From assembly GCA_034439475.1 (NCBI GenBank), contig JAWXAN010000035.1, positions 5,908 to 69,907 of the forward strand: DNA of 64,000 bases. Direction: 5' to 3'. The DNA is from Candidatus Zixiibacteriota bacterium (GTDB lineage Bacteria; Zixibacteria; MSB-5A5; GN15; FEB-12). The notes beneath the pieces are model-generated. The model made no database searches, had not been told where the DNA came from, and saw only the letters and a list, made by a program, of their open reading frames with translations. Positions 28,362 through 37,059 of the stretch are shown in pieces. A program made the translations under genes and the position numbers. Numbering within the stretch: the first letter of the stretch is position 1; every line of letters starts with the position of its first letter.

Positions 28362-28859
28362 CTACTTCTCCGACACGGCCAGCCTTTCAATCCCATCTCG
28401 CTCAAGACGGAAGACTGTCCATTCATCCTGCGGCTTTGCGCCGAGCTTTTTATAAAAGCCGATAGCGGGTTCGTTCCAGTCAAGTACCGCCCATTCAAAC
28501 CTTCCGCATTCATTGTCACGGGCTATCTTCGCAAGATGGACAAGCAGTTGTTTGCCAAAGCCATGTCCGCGCATTTCAGGTTTGACGTAGAGGTCTTCGA
28601 GATATAACCCGCGTCGGCTCAAAAATGTCGAAAAATTAAAAAAGTAGATGGCAAAAGAAACCGGTTTACTGTCGTGCTCTCCAATAATCGCATACGCCGA
28701 TGGCAGCTTACCAAACAAAGATTCCCTAAGTAATTTCTCTGGAACAATTGCCTCATGTGAGAGTTTTTCATATTCGGCAAGTTCATGGATGAACCTCGAT
28801 AGAAGGGATGTGTCGGCTTCGACTGCTGGTCGAATGACAAAAGATCCGCTTGCGGCCAT
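28362..28859 (-). CDS. GNAT family N-acetyltransferase
   Basis: 165 aa with the acetyl-CoA binding motif RGHGFGKQLL and a diamine acetyltransferase-like layout. Confidence 0.8.
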   Translation of the reverse strand: MAASGSFVIRPAVEADTSLLSRFIHELAEYEKLSHEAIVPEKLLRESLFGKLPSAYAIIGEHDSKPVSFAIYFFNFSTFLSRRGLYLEDLYVKPEMRGHGFGKQLLVHLAKIARDNECGRFEWAVLDWNEPAIGFYKKLGAKPQDEWTVFRLERDGIERLAVSEK

Positions 28860-28865
28860 TTGCGT

Positions 28866-30440
28866 TTATTTCTCTTCTTCCTCGATTAGCTGCGTGAGTA
28901 TCTTTGAGACTGGAATTGTGCCGTCTTTTGTGTCTTTCATTTGGGGGAAAAAGAGCACATCCCGAATCGAATGCTGATTAGTCAGAAGCATTACCAGTCT
29001 GTCTATGCCAAAACCCAATCCCGAAGTCGGCGGCATGCCATAGGTCAGGGCGGTGATAAAATCATCATCAAGCGGCTGCGCTTCCTCGTCTCCTGCGGCC
29101 ATCGCTTTGCGCTGTTGCAGAAACCGTTGAAGCTGGTCGACCGGGTCATTCAACTCGCTGAAACAATTTCCCATCTCCTGCGCGGCGATAAATAATTCGA
29201 AGCGTTCTGTGAGGCGGTCATCTTTGCGATGTTTCTTGGCGAGTGGTGAAATCTCAACCGGAAAATCGGTGATGAATGTAGGCTGGATGAGGGTGTGTTC
29301 GACTTTCTGCTCCCACACGGCTTCGATAACTTTTCCGCGATTAAATAATTCCGCGCCTTGAACACCGAGTTTTTTGGCTTCGGCTTTGGCATCTTCGAAT
29401 GAAAAGTCAGTAAAGTCGATTCCGGTCTGTTCTTTTATCGAATCAATCATAGATACCCATCTGAATGGCGGCCCAAAATCAATCTCATGTTCGCTGTAGG
29501 TAATGGTATGTTTCCCATAGAGCGCATGCACGGTATTCCGCAAGAGCGATTCAAAAAGCGCCCGCATATCATTGTAATCGGCAAAGGCCCAATAGAGCTC
29601 AATCATGGTGAACTCCGGATTGTGCAGACGGTCCATTCCTTCGTTGCGGAAGTCTTTGCACAACTCCCAGACTTTGTCGTAGCCGCCGACGATCAATCGC
29701 TTGAGGTACAGTTCATCGGCTATACGCATATACATCGGGATGTCGAGCGTGTTATGATGCGTCTTGAATGGCCGCGCCGATGCCCCGCCATAGAGCGGCT
29801 GCAAAACCGGTGTTTCAACTTCGAGAAATTTGTGACCGTTCAAAAAATCCCGTATCGACTGAATTATCTGAGTCCGTTTGACAAATACCTCGCGCACTTC
29901 GGGATTGACTATAAGATCGACATAGCGTCGCCGGTAGCGCGTCTCAATATCGGTCAACCCGGCATGTTTATCGGGAAGCGGGTGCAGGGTCTTTGTGAGC
30001 AATTCCAAGTGTGTGACTTTAATAGTCTTCTCGCCAGTCTTGGTGATAAACACAGTTCCCTTGCAACCGATTATGTCTCCCAGATCGAGCATATCGAACA
30101 GGTCAAAGGCGCTTTCGCCGACATCATCTTTCCGCAGATAAATCTGCATTCGTGTCGATGAATCCCTTAGGTCTGCAAAATAGACTTTGCCCATTTTGCG
30201 GCGCGTCATAATTCGCCCGGCGACTGAAACTGATTGCTCGTTTGCGGCAAGAGTATCGAAATTCTCAAGCAGTTCGTTCAGATGGTGGCTACGTTCGAAA
30301 CGGTAGGGGTAGGGATTTATTCCCATTTCCCGAATCTGGCGGATTTTCTCGCGTCGTATTCGGATGAGATCCGCGAGAGGGGCTTGAATTTCCGCTTCGG
30401 GTGCGGGTTCTGCTTTATTGTTATGTTTCTGTTCGCTCAT
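28866..30440 (-). CDS. lysS: lysine--tRNA ligase (class II)
   Basis: 524 aa with an OB anticodon-binding domain and class II motifs (FRNEGMDRLHNPEFTMIELYWAFADY, GLGFGIDRL). Confidence 0.96.
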   Translation of the reverse strand: MSEQKHNNKAEPAPEAEIQAPLADLIRIRREKIRQIREMGINPYPYRFERSHHLNELLENFDTLAANEQSVSVAGRIMTRRKMGKVYFADLRDSSTRMQIYLRKDDVGESAFDLFDMLDLGDIIGCKGTVFITKTGEKTIKVTHLELLTKTLHPLPDKHAGLTDIETRYRRRYVDLIVNPEVREVFVKRTQIIQSIRDFLNGHKFLEVETPVLQPLYGGASARPFKTHHNTLDIPMYMRIADELYLKRLIVGGYDKVWELCKDFRNEGMDRLHNPEFTMIELYWAFADYNDMRALFESLLRNTVHALYGKHTITYSEHEIDFGPPFRWVSMIDSIKEQTGIDFTDFSFEDAKAEAKKLGVQGAELFNRGKVIEAVWEQKVEHTLIQPTFITDFPVEISPLAKKHRKDDRLTERFELFIAAQEMGNCFSELNDPVDQLQRFLQQRKAMAAGDEEAQPLDDDFITALTYGMPPTSGLGFGIDRLVMLLTNQHSIRDVLFFPQMKDTKDGTIPVSKILTQLIEEEEK

Positions 30441-30493
30441 ACTAACTGTGCTGTTCTAACTCTTGGCTGAAATTAACTATTGTCGCGGCAATA

Positions 30494-31012
30494 CTATTCT
30501 TTTTTTGATCCGGCAATTTTCTTTTTTATCGCAAGTTCCACATGTATCGGAACTAGTCCGGCTATGTCGCCGCCATGCCGCGCAACATCCTTTACGATTG
30601 TCGATGACAGATAGACCCATGACAACGCCGGCATCAGAAACACGGTCTCGACATCTTTCACCAATCGGCGGTTCATAAGAGCCATCTGGAATTCATATTC
30701 AAAATCTGATATGGCCCGCAGGCCGCGGATGATTGCTTGAGCTTTGAGGTCATCGACAAGGGTCGCAAGCAGGCCATCGAATTTGAGAACTTTCACACGC
30801 TCACCGCCGGTTATTTCGGCAATCGAGGTTTTCATTAAATCGAGACGCTCATCGGCATCGAAAAGCGGCCCCTTCGCTCCGCTCGAAGCGACAGCCACGA
30901 TGACTTCATCGAATAAGTGCAGGGCCCTTTCAATAAGCGAAATATGCCCGTTGGTAGTCGGATCAAAAGTTCCGGGATAGACGGCAAGGGATTTAGGTTT
31001 ATTTGCATTCAT
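30494..31012 (-). CDS. coaD: pantetheine-phosphate adenylyltransferase
   Basis: 172 aa with the AVYPGTFDPTTNGH motif. Confidence 0.95.
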   Translation of the reverse strand: MNANKPKSLAVYPGTFDPTTNGHISLIERALHLFDEVIVAVASSGAKGPLFDADERLDLMKTSIAEITGGERVKVLKFDGLLATLVDDLKAQAIIRGLRAISDFEYEFQMALMNRRLVKDVETVFLMPALSWVYLSSTIVKDVARHGGDIAGLVPIHVELAIKKKIAGSKKE

Positions 31013-31081
31013 TTTATATTAATATCCACATTATAATCGGCCAAAACATACGCCGAGAGATGACAAGAGGCAAGCTACAAC

Positions 31082-31975
31082 TTATTGATGCGCAGTAGGC
31101 GCAGTCTGGGTAATCGAAACTGTCGCACCGAGTGCGGCCAGGCAATTCTCCGGCAAAATATCGGCCTCGTCTACATTCGTAAAATAACCATAGTTCGCTT
31201 TCGGTGAAGCAACACCGACTGGGAAAAGAGTCGTGAGAGTGGCACACAGCCTATTTGTTGCCGGTTCGCCGGAAAGCAAAATTGTTCCGAGCGGACGGGT
31301 CAGGCCGATATCGAACAAACCGGCCAGATGAAAGTTGATGATGGTTTTGAGCTCAAAACCAATTGCTTTGCATTGTTCGTCACTCTCTGCGCCAGCTTGT
31401 TCAAACCCGACTCTCGCAAGGCCAATGATTGCTCTTTTATAGAGAAAACAGATCGAGGCACCAAGTTCTGTCTGCTTATGCACATCGACCAGACAGAGAA
31501 ATTCGCTTTCATCGGGCAGACAGAAATTCAGGTACCCGCGCCCAAGCGCCAGTGCGCGAGGGATGGTGTCAATTGCGGTTCCATGGAGGGAATGTGATAA
31601 AACAATCGTCTGGACCAAATGCTCCTCGCGACTTTTGCGAAATGCCACACCAAGCTGTTTCTCTTCGCCAAATCCAGGCATGGTGATAAATCTGAAAGCA
31701 TTCTTGTCATCGAGCAGTGACTGCGCAAACTCAAATTCGGCGACGGCGTTTTTATCAAGATGGCCATGATTCGGCAATGAAATCATCTTTACTATGGTCT
31801 CGCTGTCCGGCAGCACAACCGACATAGCTTTGGGATGTATTGCAAGTGATTCAGACAACTGCCCACGATCGACAAGTCGCAATTGTTTGACTTCGGGGCG
31901 ACCACCGTCGGATGAGACCTGCACAAGTGTGTGGGTCTCAAGGCCGATTTCGATTCCCACGCTGCTGGTTTGCAT
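31082..31975 (-). CDS. hypothetical protein, weakly PilM-like (actin/HSP70-fold)
   Basis: 297 aa. The N-terminal VGIEIG...L and a later LVDV...T pattern resemble the phosphate motifs of PilM/FtsA-like proteins. It is adjacent to comEA. The assignment is tentative. Confidence 0.35.
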   Translation of the reverse strand: MQTSSVGIEIGLETHTLVQVSSDGGRPEVKQLRLVDRGQLSESLAIHPKAMSVVLPDSETIVKMISLPNHGHLDKNAVAEFEFAQSLLDDKNAFRFITMPGFGEEKQLGVAFRKSREEHLVQTIVLSHSLHGTAIDTIPRALALGRGYLNFCLPDESEFLCLVDVHKQTELGASICFLYKRAIIGLARVGFEQAGAESDEQCKAIGFELKTIINFHLAGLFDIGLTRPLGTILLSGEPATNRLCATLTTLFPVGVASPKANYGYFTNVDEADILPENCLAALGATVSITQTAPTAHQ

Positions 31976-32349
31976 CAGCGTTTGACTTTCAGGTATGGCT
32001 TGATCGACTCGAACAATTTTGGCCCGATTCCTTTCACCTCGGTGATTTCCACTTCGCGTTCAAACGGATTTTCCACGCGATAGGCAACAACCCGATCGGC
32101 CAGCGTCCGGCCAATGCCGGGCAAAAGCTCGAGCGAGTCTGCGGGCGCGGTGTTGGGGTCGAGAACAAACACCCCGGTCAAGGTGCGCTCTTCGGCGGAT
32201 AGAAAAACAGGAAGCGAAATTGCGGTCGATGTCGGCGTGGAATATGCCTTGATGAGAATATAACAGCCCATTATGATTGCTGACGCAGTCAGGAGGGCAA
32301 GAATCCGCAGTTGGCCGGAGGTGAAATCGAAAAATTGATTGATATTCAT
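31975..32349 (-). CDS. comEA: ComEA family helix-hairpin-helix DNA-binding protein
   Basis: 124 aa with an N-terminal TM segment and tandem HhH motifs (LELLPGIGRTLADRVV, EVKGIGPKLFESI). Confidence 0.85.
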   Translation of the reverse strand: MNINQFFDFTSGQLRILALLTASAIIMGCYILIKAYSTPTSTAISLPVFLSAEERTLTGVFVLDPNTAPADSLELLPGIGRTLADRVVAYRVENPFEREVEITEVKGIGPKLFESIKPYLKVKR

Positions 32350-32450
32350 GGCTTTTGTTTCATTTTTGCACTCGGGTCAATATAGGGTAAAATTGCCGGA
32401 TTACCAAAGGCGGATGGGTGAACTACGTGATAAAGTGGAGGAAAAACCGT

Positions 32451-32478
32451 TTGACAATAGCTCTCGTGAGGGTATTTT
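32451..32478 (+). promoter_or_regulatory. sigma70-like promoter for the tRNA-Lys pair
   Basis: TTGACA (32451-32456), a 16-nt spacer, then TATTTT (32473-32478), 34 nt upstream of tRNA-Lys(UUU). Confidence 0.45.
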
Positions 32479-32511
32479 AGGCAGACTATATTCTGCCCTC
32501 GAATGTTTTAT

Positions 32512-32583
32512 GGGGGTGTAGCTCAGTGGTAGAGCACCTGACTTTTAATCAGGGTGTCGATGGTTCGATCCCATCCACCCTCA
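32512..32583 (+). tRNA. tRNA-Lys(UUU)
   Basis: Sequence GGGGGTGTAGCTCAGTGGTAGAGCACCTGACTTTTAATCAGG...GGTTCGATCCCATCCACCCTCA, with anticodon loop CU-TTT-AA. Confidence 0.92.
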
Positions 32584-32603
32584 TAAAATTGTATCGATAG
32601 AAT

Positions 32604-32676
32604 GCGCCATTAGCTCAGCTGGTAGAGCAACTGACTCTTAATCAGTGGGTCCGGGGTTCGAATCCCTGATGGCGCA
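32604..32676 (+). tRNA. tRNA-Lys(CUU)
   Basis: Sequence GCGCCATTAGCTCAGCTGGTAGAGCAACTGACTCTTAATCAGT...GGTTCGAATCCCTGATGGCGCA, with anticodon loop CU-CTT-AA. Confidence 0.92.
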
Positions 32677-32932
32677 TTTTTTTATAGGGGGGGGCGAATC
32701 AACATAAGAGTGTCTTTCATTTATGTCATTCCCGTGCCTGTCCGACGGGCGTAAAAACGGGAATCCAGTATTAATATTCGTGCGGTCCGCCGCGGCGGAC
32801 TGTCGCGCACCAAAGATAAAGACGAATATGAGATTGCCATGTCGCCTCGCTCCTCGCAACGACAGTGTCGGGAATGTCTGCATTAAGTTAGCGTATCCCC
32901 TCCGCCGCGAGGGTCGGTGCGATCTCCCTGTC

Positions 32933-32961
32933 GGTGCAGGCCAGAGACGGCCTGCACGAAG
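32933..32961 (+). repeat. hairpin module GGTGCAGGCCAGAGACGGCCTGCACGAAG (copy c)
   Basis: Exact third copy. It sits in a 527-bp repeat-mosaic region (32677-33203) that also holds a cassette copy at 32828-32863. Confidence 0.9.
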
Positions 32962-33203
32962 AAAAAATTGGGCAACCACGGAGGGTTGCCCCTACAGAAG
33001 CATAAGAGCGCCATTAATTATAGATTATGTAGGGGCAGGTCCCTGTGCCTGCCCTCTTTCTCAGGACGCCGGACAGCATACAAGGTAAATGGCACTCCGC
33101 CGTGGAGGGTCGCTTCGCTCCTCGCAACGACTTGCCGGTAGTGTCTGCTTGAATTTGCTTGCCCGCTTTTAGGCGGCCTTCTTACAATGAAAAAAAACGA
33201 ACT

Positions 33204-33965
33204 TCAATCCGTGACGACCATCATCGCCAAACCAACATCAGCGGCACGATACAGAGTCATCGCGGCCTCAGGCTCGATCGTCGTCACGATATAGACGTTG
33301 CCGAACAGACGTTTTATTGCCTGACTTGCGGTTAGATATGTGTTTTTCAAAGTCGATTCGGTTTCACCTTTAACATCGCTTCGAAACTCCATGATAAAAC
33401 CATCGTCAAATACGAGCTGGAATTTTTCCGGCAGTTCGCGCTGCATCAATGTCGGGTCGACCTTGAGCGCGCCACCGACAATGGACAGAATGGAATCGGG
33501 TGTTTGGTCTTTTGCGGCAAAGAGGTGCTTTGCCTTTACCCGTCGAGTGAATCCGCTCTCCGGATTTGACAAACGCTTCCCAAAATCGGCAATGTCATCC
33601 GAATCGGCATCGGCAATCGTTAGGGCGTAATCCCAAACCTTGGCCCCCCCGAGTTTCAACACAAGCAGTTTGCGCTTCAAATCAAGAATCATGTACGGCT
33701 TTTTTGATTGAGCCAAATCGAGTTCGGCATTGAGCCGCTTGTACTCCAATGACAACTGCTCTTGATTCGGGGCAGGCTTTGACGACGGTATCGCCGCCTT
33801 TGCTTTTTCAGTAGGTTTGGGAACTTCATCCCCCCCGCAGGCCATAAGGGCGCAAAACAAAAATGCTGTAAGCCAGACAAAAAAAGGATAGAAATGTCTG
33901 AGTGAAAATGACTGGTTAGAAAATATAAACGGGCGTGCCAATTTGGACTTTCTTATAGAGGACAT
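33204..33965 (-). CDS. hypothetical lipoprotein
   Basis: Lipobox LFCALMA-C-GG. I placed the start at the Met at 33965. An in-frame TTG at 33941 is an alternative, and the longer ORF reaching 34112 runs through the upstream gene. No catalytic Cys or His is visible. Confidence 0.55.
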   Translation of the reverse strand: MSSIRKSKLARPFIFSNQSFSLRHFYPFFVWLTAFLFCALMACGGDEVPKPTEKAKAAIPSSKPAPNQEQLSLEYKRLNAELDLAQSKKPYMILDLKRKLLVLKLGGAKVWDYALTIADADSDDIADFGKRLSNPESGFTRRVKAKHLFAAKDQTPDSILSIVGGALKVDPTLMQRELPEKFQLVFDDGFIMEFRSDVKGETESTLKNTYLTASQAIKRLFGNVYIVTTIEPEAAMTLYRAADVGLAMMVVTD

Positions 33966-34578
33966 CGAGGTCTTTTGATCCGAGCCGGACACAGCCATGA
34001 GTAACACCGACACCGAGCAGGCGTTCATAGATCGTGCCGTGGATGAAGTAGCCATCGCCAAAATCAAGCGCGTAATCTCCCATGACATTCGGGTCGAGAC
34101 GTTCCTGATCATTTTTAGGAACAGCTTCCCCTTCTTCGATAAAGGCCCAATCCGGTTTGCGCCACCACGGCTCTTTGATTTTACCTTTGATTTTGAACAC
34201 CCCGCGCGGTGTATCGAACATCCACTTTCGGCCGGTCGCGCTGTCTGTTAATTCTCCGCCTGAGCCTGTCGAGCACTCGCCCACAAAAATGACCGAGTCT
34301 TCTGAGCGGTAAGTCAATTTATTGTCGTGGGTGTTTATGACAATATAGTATTTGACTGGTTTGAGCTTACCGAGGGCTTTGCGCGCCTTCTGAATATCTT
34401 TTGCGGTAGGATTGGCGAGCGTCGGCGAGGGCCGGGTGACCGCTGCATCAGCGCTTGCCAATGCTCTCTCATTGTCCGCTTTTGTGCCATACTGAGTCGT
34501 CATCGACCAATAGGCGCCGACGGCAACAACGGCAACGAGAAAGAAGATGCTGAGAAATACTTTTTTGTTCATGGCCAC
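33916..34578 (-). CDS. L,D-transpeptidase (YkuD domain)
   Basis: 220 aa with a signal peptide and the YkuD active-site motif HGT...GVTHGCVRL. Confidence 0.85.
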   Translation of the reverse strand: MAMNKKVFLSIFFLVAVVAVGAYWSMTTQYGTKADNERALASADAAVTRPSPTLANPTAKDIQKARKALGKLKPVKYYIVINTHDNKLTYRSEDSVIFVGECSTGSGGELTDSATGRKWMFDTPRGVFKIKGKIKEPWWRKPDWAFIEEGEAVPKNDQERLDPNVMGDYALDFGDGYFIHGTIYERLLGVGVTHGCVRLGSKDLDVLYKKVQIGTPVYIF

Positions 34579-35678
34579 ATATCAGAGCGTCGGACAATCG
34601 TGACCGGTGTGCCGACCCTCACATATTTAAAGATATGATCCATATCACTGTTGGTCAATGCCACACATCCTTCGGTCCAATCCTTGTTCTGGCCGCCTTC
34701 GCCATGAATCTCAATCGCGCTGCCGATTCCGGCAAGACGAGGAACAACGCCTTCTTTCTTATTTTCCGCAAAATGTCTCTTGTCGGCTTGGTTGGGATAA
34801 TTAATGGGCAGGGCCTTATAGTATTTACTGCCGCGTGCTTTGAGCATTGTCACCTGATACATCCCCTCCGGGGTTGCTCCATCGCCTGAACGCAATTTAT
34901 GATCACCAGAATTGTAGCCTAAATCACAGGAATAGGTATGCACAAGTCGGCCGGATTTGATGAGATAGGTTTTGCGAGCCGACTTATCCACTATTATGGC
35001 GTATGTGCTTTCGGCTCTTGATGTTTTGATCGTTTCATCGACCCACTCACGCCAAACAGGCAGTCGCTGATTGTCTCCATCGACTATGTTATCCATCTTT
35101 GTTTCGAGTTTCACAAGCGCGTACTTGGCTTTACTCAGACTCGCAAGCGCGGATTCGTATTCGCCAGCCTGGAAAAGTTTGCGGCCGGTTTTGTATGCAA
35201 TATCGGCGGTGTACCATTCCTGGCGGAATTTAAGTTTTGCGAGCGAGCTCTGGATTTTTTTCCGCCATTCTGACAGATCTTTTCCGACCGCCGTCACTTG
35301 GGTAAAGGCGGTTATGCGGAGAAAGCCAAGTGAATCAGCGGCGTCTCTCCGGGCTTTGTATGCGGCAACATCAGCTAAACGCAAAAGAGAATCGGCGCCG
35401 GCATAGTCCCGAAAGGGAGCGAGCCGTCCATTCTGTTTTGCGATCTCAAGCTGGGCTGTCTGAAAAAGCACTTTTGCGAGTTTCATAGATTCCGGCGCAT
35501 ACCGGTCGACTTCGGCCGTTTCGGCCGTTTCCACCGATTGCTTTGCTGTCGATAAAAGTGCTTGAGGAGCATCCTGACAGCTTATAAAAAGTGACAAAAC
35601 AAAAATGAGCGCGGCCGAAAGCCATAGTTGTTTGACAGCTTCGGTCAGCATCGAAATGATAGTAAACGGTTTCTTCAT
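34569..35678 (-). CDS. lipoprotein with N-terminal DUF4398-like helical domain and C-terminal L,D-transpeptidase (YkuD) domain
   Basis: Lipobox LSLFIS-C. It has a DUF4398-like segment (VDRYAPESMKLAKVLFQTAQLEIAKQNG) and a YkuD motif (IHGEGG...WTEGCVAL). I placed the start at the ATG at 35678. The ORF track extends it to a TTG at 35696. Confidence 0.75.
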   Translation of the reverse strand: MKKPFTIISMLTEAVKQLWLSAALIFVLSLFISCQDAPQALLSTAKQSVETAETAEVDRYAPESMKLAKVLFQTAQLEIAKQNGRLAPFRDYAGADSLLRLADVAAYKARRDAADSLGFLRITAFTQVTAVGKDLSEWRKKIQSSLAKLKFRQEWYTADIAYKTGRKLFQAGEYESALASLSKAKYALVKLETKMDNIVDGDNQRLPVWREWVDETIKTSRAESTYAIIVDKSARKTYLIKSGRLVHTYSCDLGYNSGDHKLRSGDGATPEGMYQVTMLKARGSKYYKALPINYPNQADKRHFAENKKEGVVPRLAGIGSAIEIHGEGGQNKDWTEGCVALTNSDMDHIFKYVRVGTPVTIVRRSDMWP

Positions 35679-35702
35679 GTTTTCTCTGACATTCAAGAAA
35701 AT

Positions 35703-35730
35703 GGGGCGGCATAACAGTTTATACCGCCCC
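35703..35730 (-). terminator. possible intrinsic terminator/attenuator between envelope genes
   Basis: GGGGCGG/CCGCCCC stem with a 14-nt loop, followed on the minus strand by ATTTTCTT. It lies 26 nt after the upstream stop. Confidence 0.4.
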
Positions 35731-35755
35731 GCAATCTGGTCGATTCAGAAGATAA

Positions 35756-36355
35756 TTACATCTTTCCTGACTTCATCGCAGCGGCATTGGCAACTTCGCT
35801 GGCGACCCGATTGGCATTTTCCATAACGGCCTCAAGCTTGGTCTTGGCGGTCATATAGCTTCCGGCATTGAAATCATTCTGAGCTTCCTGGAAGGTGGCA
35901 GCCACGCTGACAAGGTCGGTTTTAATGAGTTCAATTTCTGCTCTGTTACCTTTGCCCACCGGGGCTTTGGCGACAACGGCATTGGCTGAATCAAGAGCAG
36001 CCTGGGCGTTGGTAATCATGGTCATGACTTCCTGCTTCATAGCTTCCTTGGCAGTCGCGGCATCGGCCTCGGCCTGTTTGGACAATGCTTCGGCGCGGAC
36101 AAACATATCTTTGGAACTGCCGTACGAACGGAAAAGCGCAAATTTGCTATCCTGTTCGGTCTTGGCGGCCATGGCGGCATTCAAAGTGTCCATTGCCATA
36201 CGGTATGAGGCCGGAGCATACTGCTCGGCTTCGGCTGACATGGCAGTCTGCGAAGCGGTTTGCGCGGCGGTCATTTCGGCATCGGGAGCCTTGCCGCAAC
36301 CAACAAATGCGAGCAACGCTACGAGTGTGAGACCGAGTGCGGCTTTCTTAATCAT
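35756..36355 (-). CDS. DUF4398-like lipoprotein
   Basis: Start ATG at 36355 with RBS AAGGAAGAAAGGA. Signal plus lipobox is LLAFVG-C-G. It is Ala-rich and helical, with the AEQYAPASYRMAMDTL motif. The 95-codon N-terminal extension in the ORF track crosses noncoding-looking sequence. Confidence 0.7.
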   Translation of the reverse strand: MIKKAALGLTLVALLAFVGCGKAPDAEMTAAQTASQTAMSAEAEQYAPASYRMAMDTLNAAMAAKTEQDSKFALFRSYGSSKDMFVRAEALSKQAEADAATAKEAMKQEVMTMITNAQAALDSANAVVAKAPVGKGNRAEIELIKTDLVSVAATFQEAQNDFNAGSYMTAKTKLEAVMENANRVASEVANAAAMKSGKM

Positions 36356-37059
36356 TACTGATCCTTTCTTCCTTCTTGCCCTTCCGGACAAATACTGTGG
36401 AACTGCGGCTGTGAGAGCTATTCGCAACTCCGATTTATTAATGTTTGTTACTCTACCATTTAACGGCTTGCCATTCAATGGCCTGCACCAGAATAAGACG
36501 GAGGCTTTTACTCCCCACTCATTCGCTGTCGGACAATAACAATAACATGTTAAGTACTTGTTGATGTCTAACAGGGCGTGAAGATACAGCGTTTTAAATT
36601 TATTTGTCAATTTAAAAGGGAAATATGTGGAAAATTTCACAAGGAACGGGTAAAAATAGGTCGATTTTGACCTAAATGACTCATATTTTAAGAGCTTTCA
36701 GACACGGCTAAGAGAACTGGTGGCTGGTGTACGTTCCCCCACGGCGGGCAGGCCGCGGCAACTCAGTTCTCTTTCTCTTGTAGCGACGAACACCCGTGGT
36801 TCGGCGATTCTGTATTCCACACGAATAAACCCTCACCCTCATATCTCCCAGAAGCAAAGGGTAAAGAAAAGATCGCACCTCAAGCAGTGTGGTACAAGTT
36901 TTTCTCATTATGAAGGAAGACCGTCAGGTCACACCGCCCTAAGAAGGTCGGCAAGACCAGACGGAACTGGGGAAGATCACACCGTCCCGACGAATGTCGG
37001 GAATGTGGTACAAGAATCCGACGCCCGTTCCCCACCAATAAGTCGTTGGAATATTACCC

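Noticed and set aside
29487-30161. Long antisense ORFs inside well-supported genes (29487-30161 in lysS, 13855-14409 in ffh, 44374-44940 in the TPR gene, 60714-61391 across the OMP/lipoprotein genes, 49828-50289, 5908-6387, 58264-58737, 57006-57518)
   Set aside because: Each is fully embedded antisense to a gene with strong family similarity. None has a recognisable domain or start context.
32638-33141. ORFs of 74-121 aa in the repeat mosaic after the tRNA-Lys pair (also 36720-37070, 36939-37190, 39368-39649, 42885-43187, 62880-63134)
   Set aside because: All lie entirely within repeat-mosaic intergenic DNA. One overlaps tRNA-Lys(CUU). The translations (MRLPCRLAPRND..., MRLPRFTSESETRND...) are module read-throughs. 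They have no RBS and no coding-like composition.
35895-36539. 214-aa Ala/Ser-rich plus-strand ORF
   Set aside because: It is a mirror ORF antisense to the Ala-rich DUF4398 lipoprotein gene, where GCN-rich codons give open antisense frames. The minus-strand gene has an RBS, a lipobox and a family motif.
35756-36640. N-terminal extensions of ORF-track models (35756-36640, 56748-57770, 33204-34112, 54819-55550, 44197-45234, 58868-59299, 39742-40140)
   Set aside because: The extensions run into the upstream gene or into noncoding-looking DNA. Internal starts give proper RBS spacing and signal peptides or lipoboxes, or they match family N-termini such as MKILGRH for SpeD and MSRPV plus a TM segment for EpsI.
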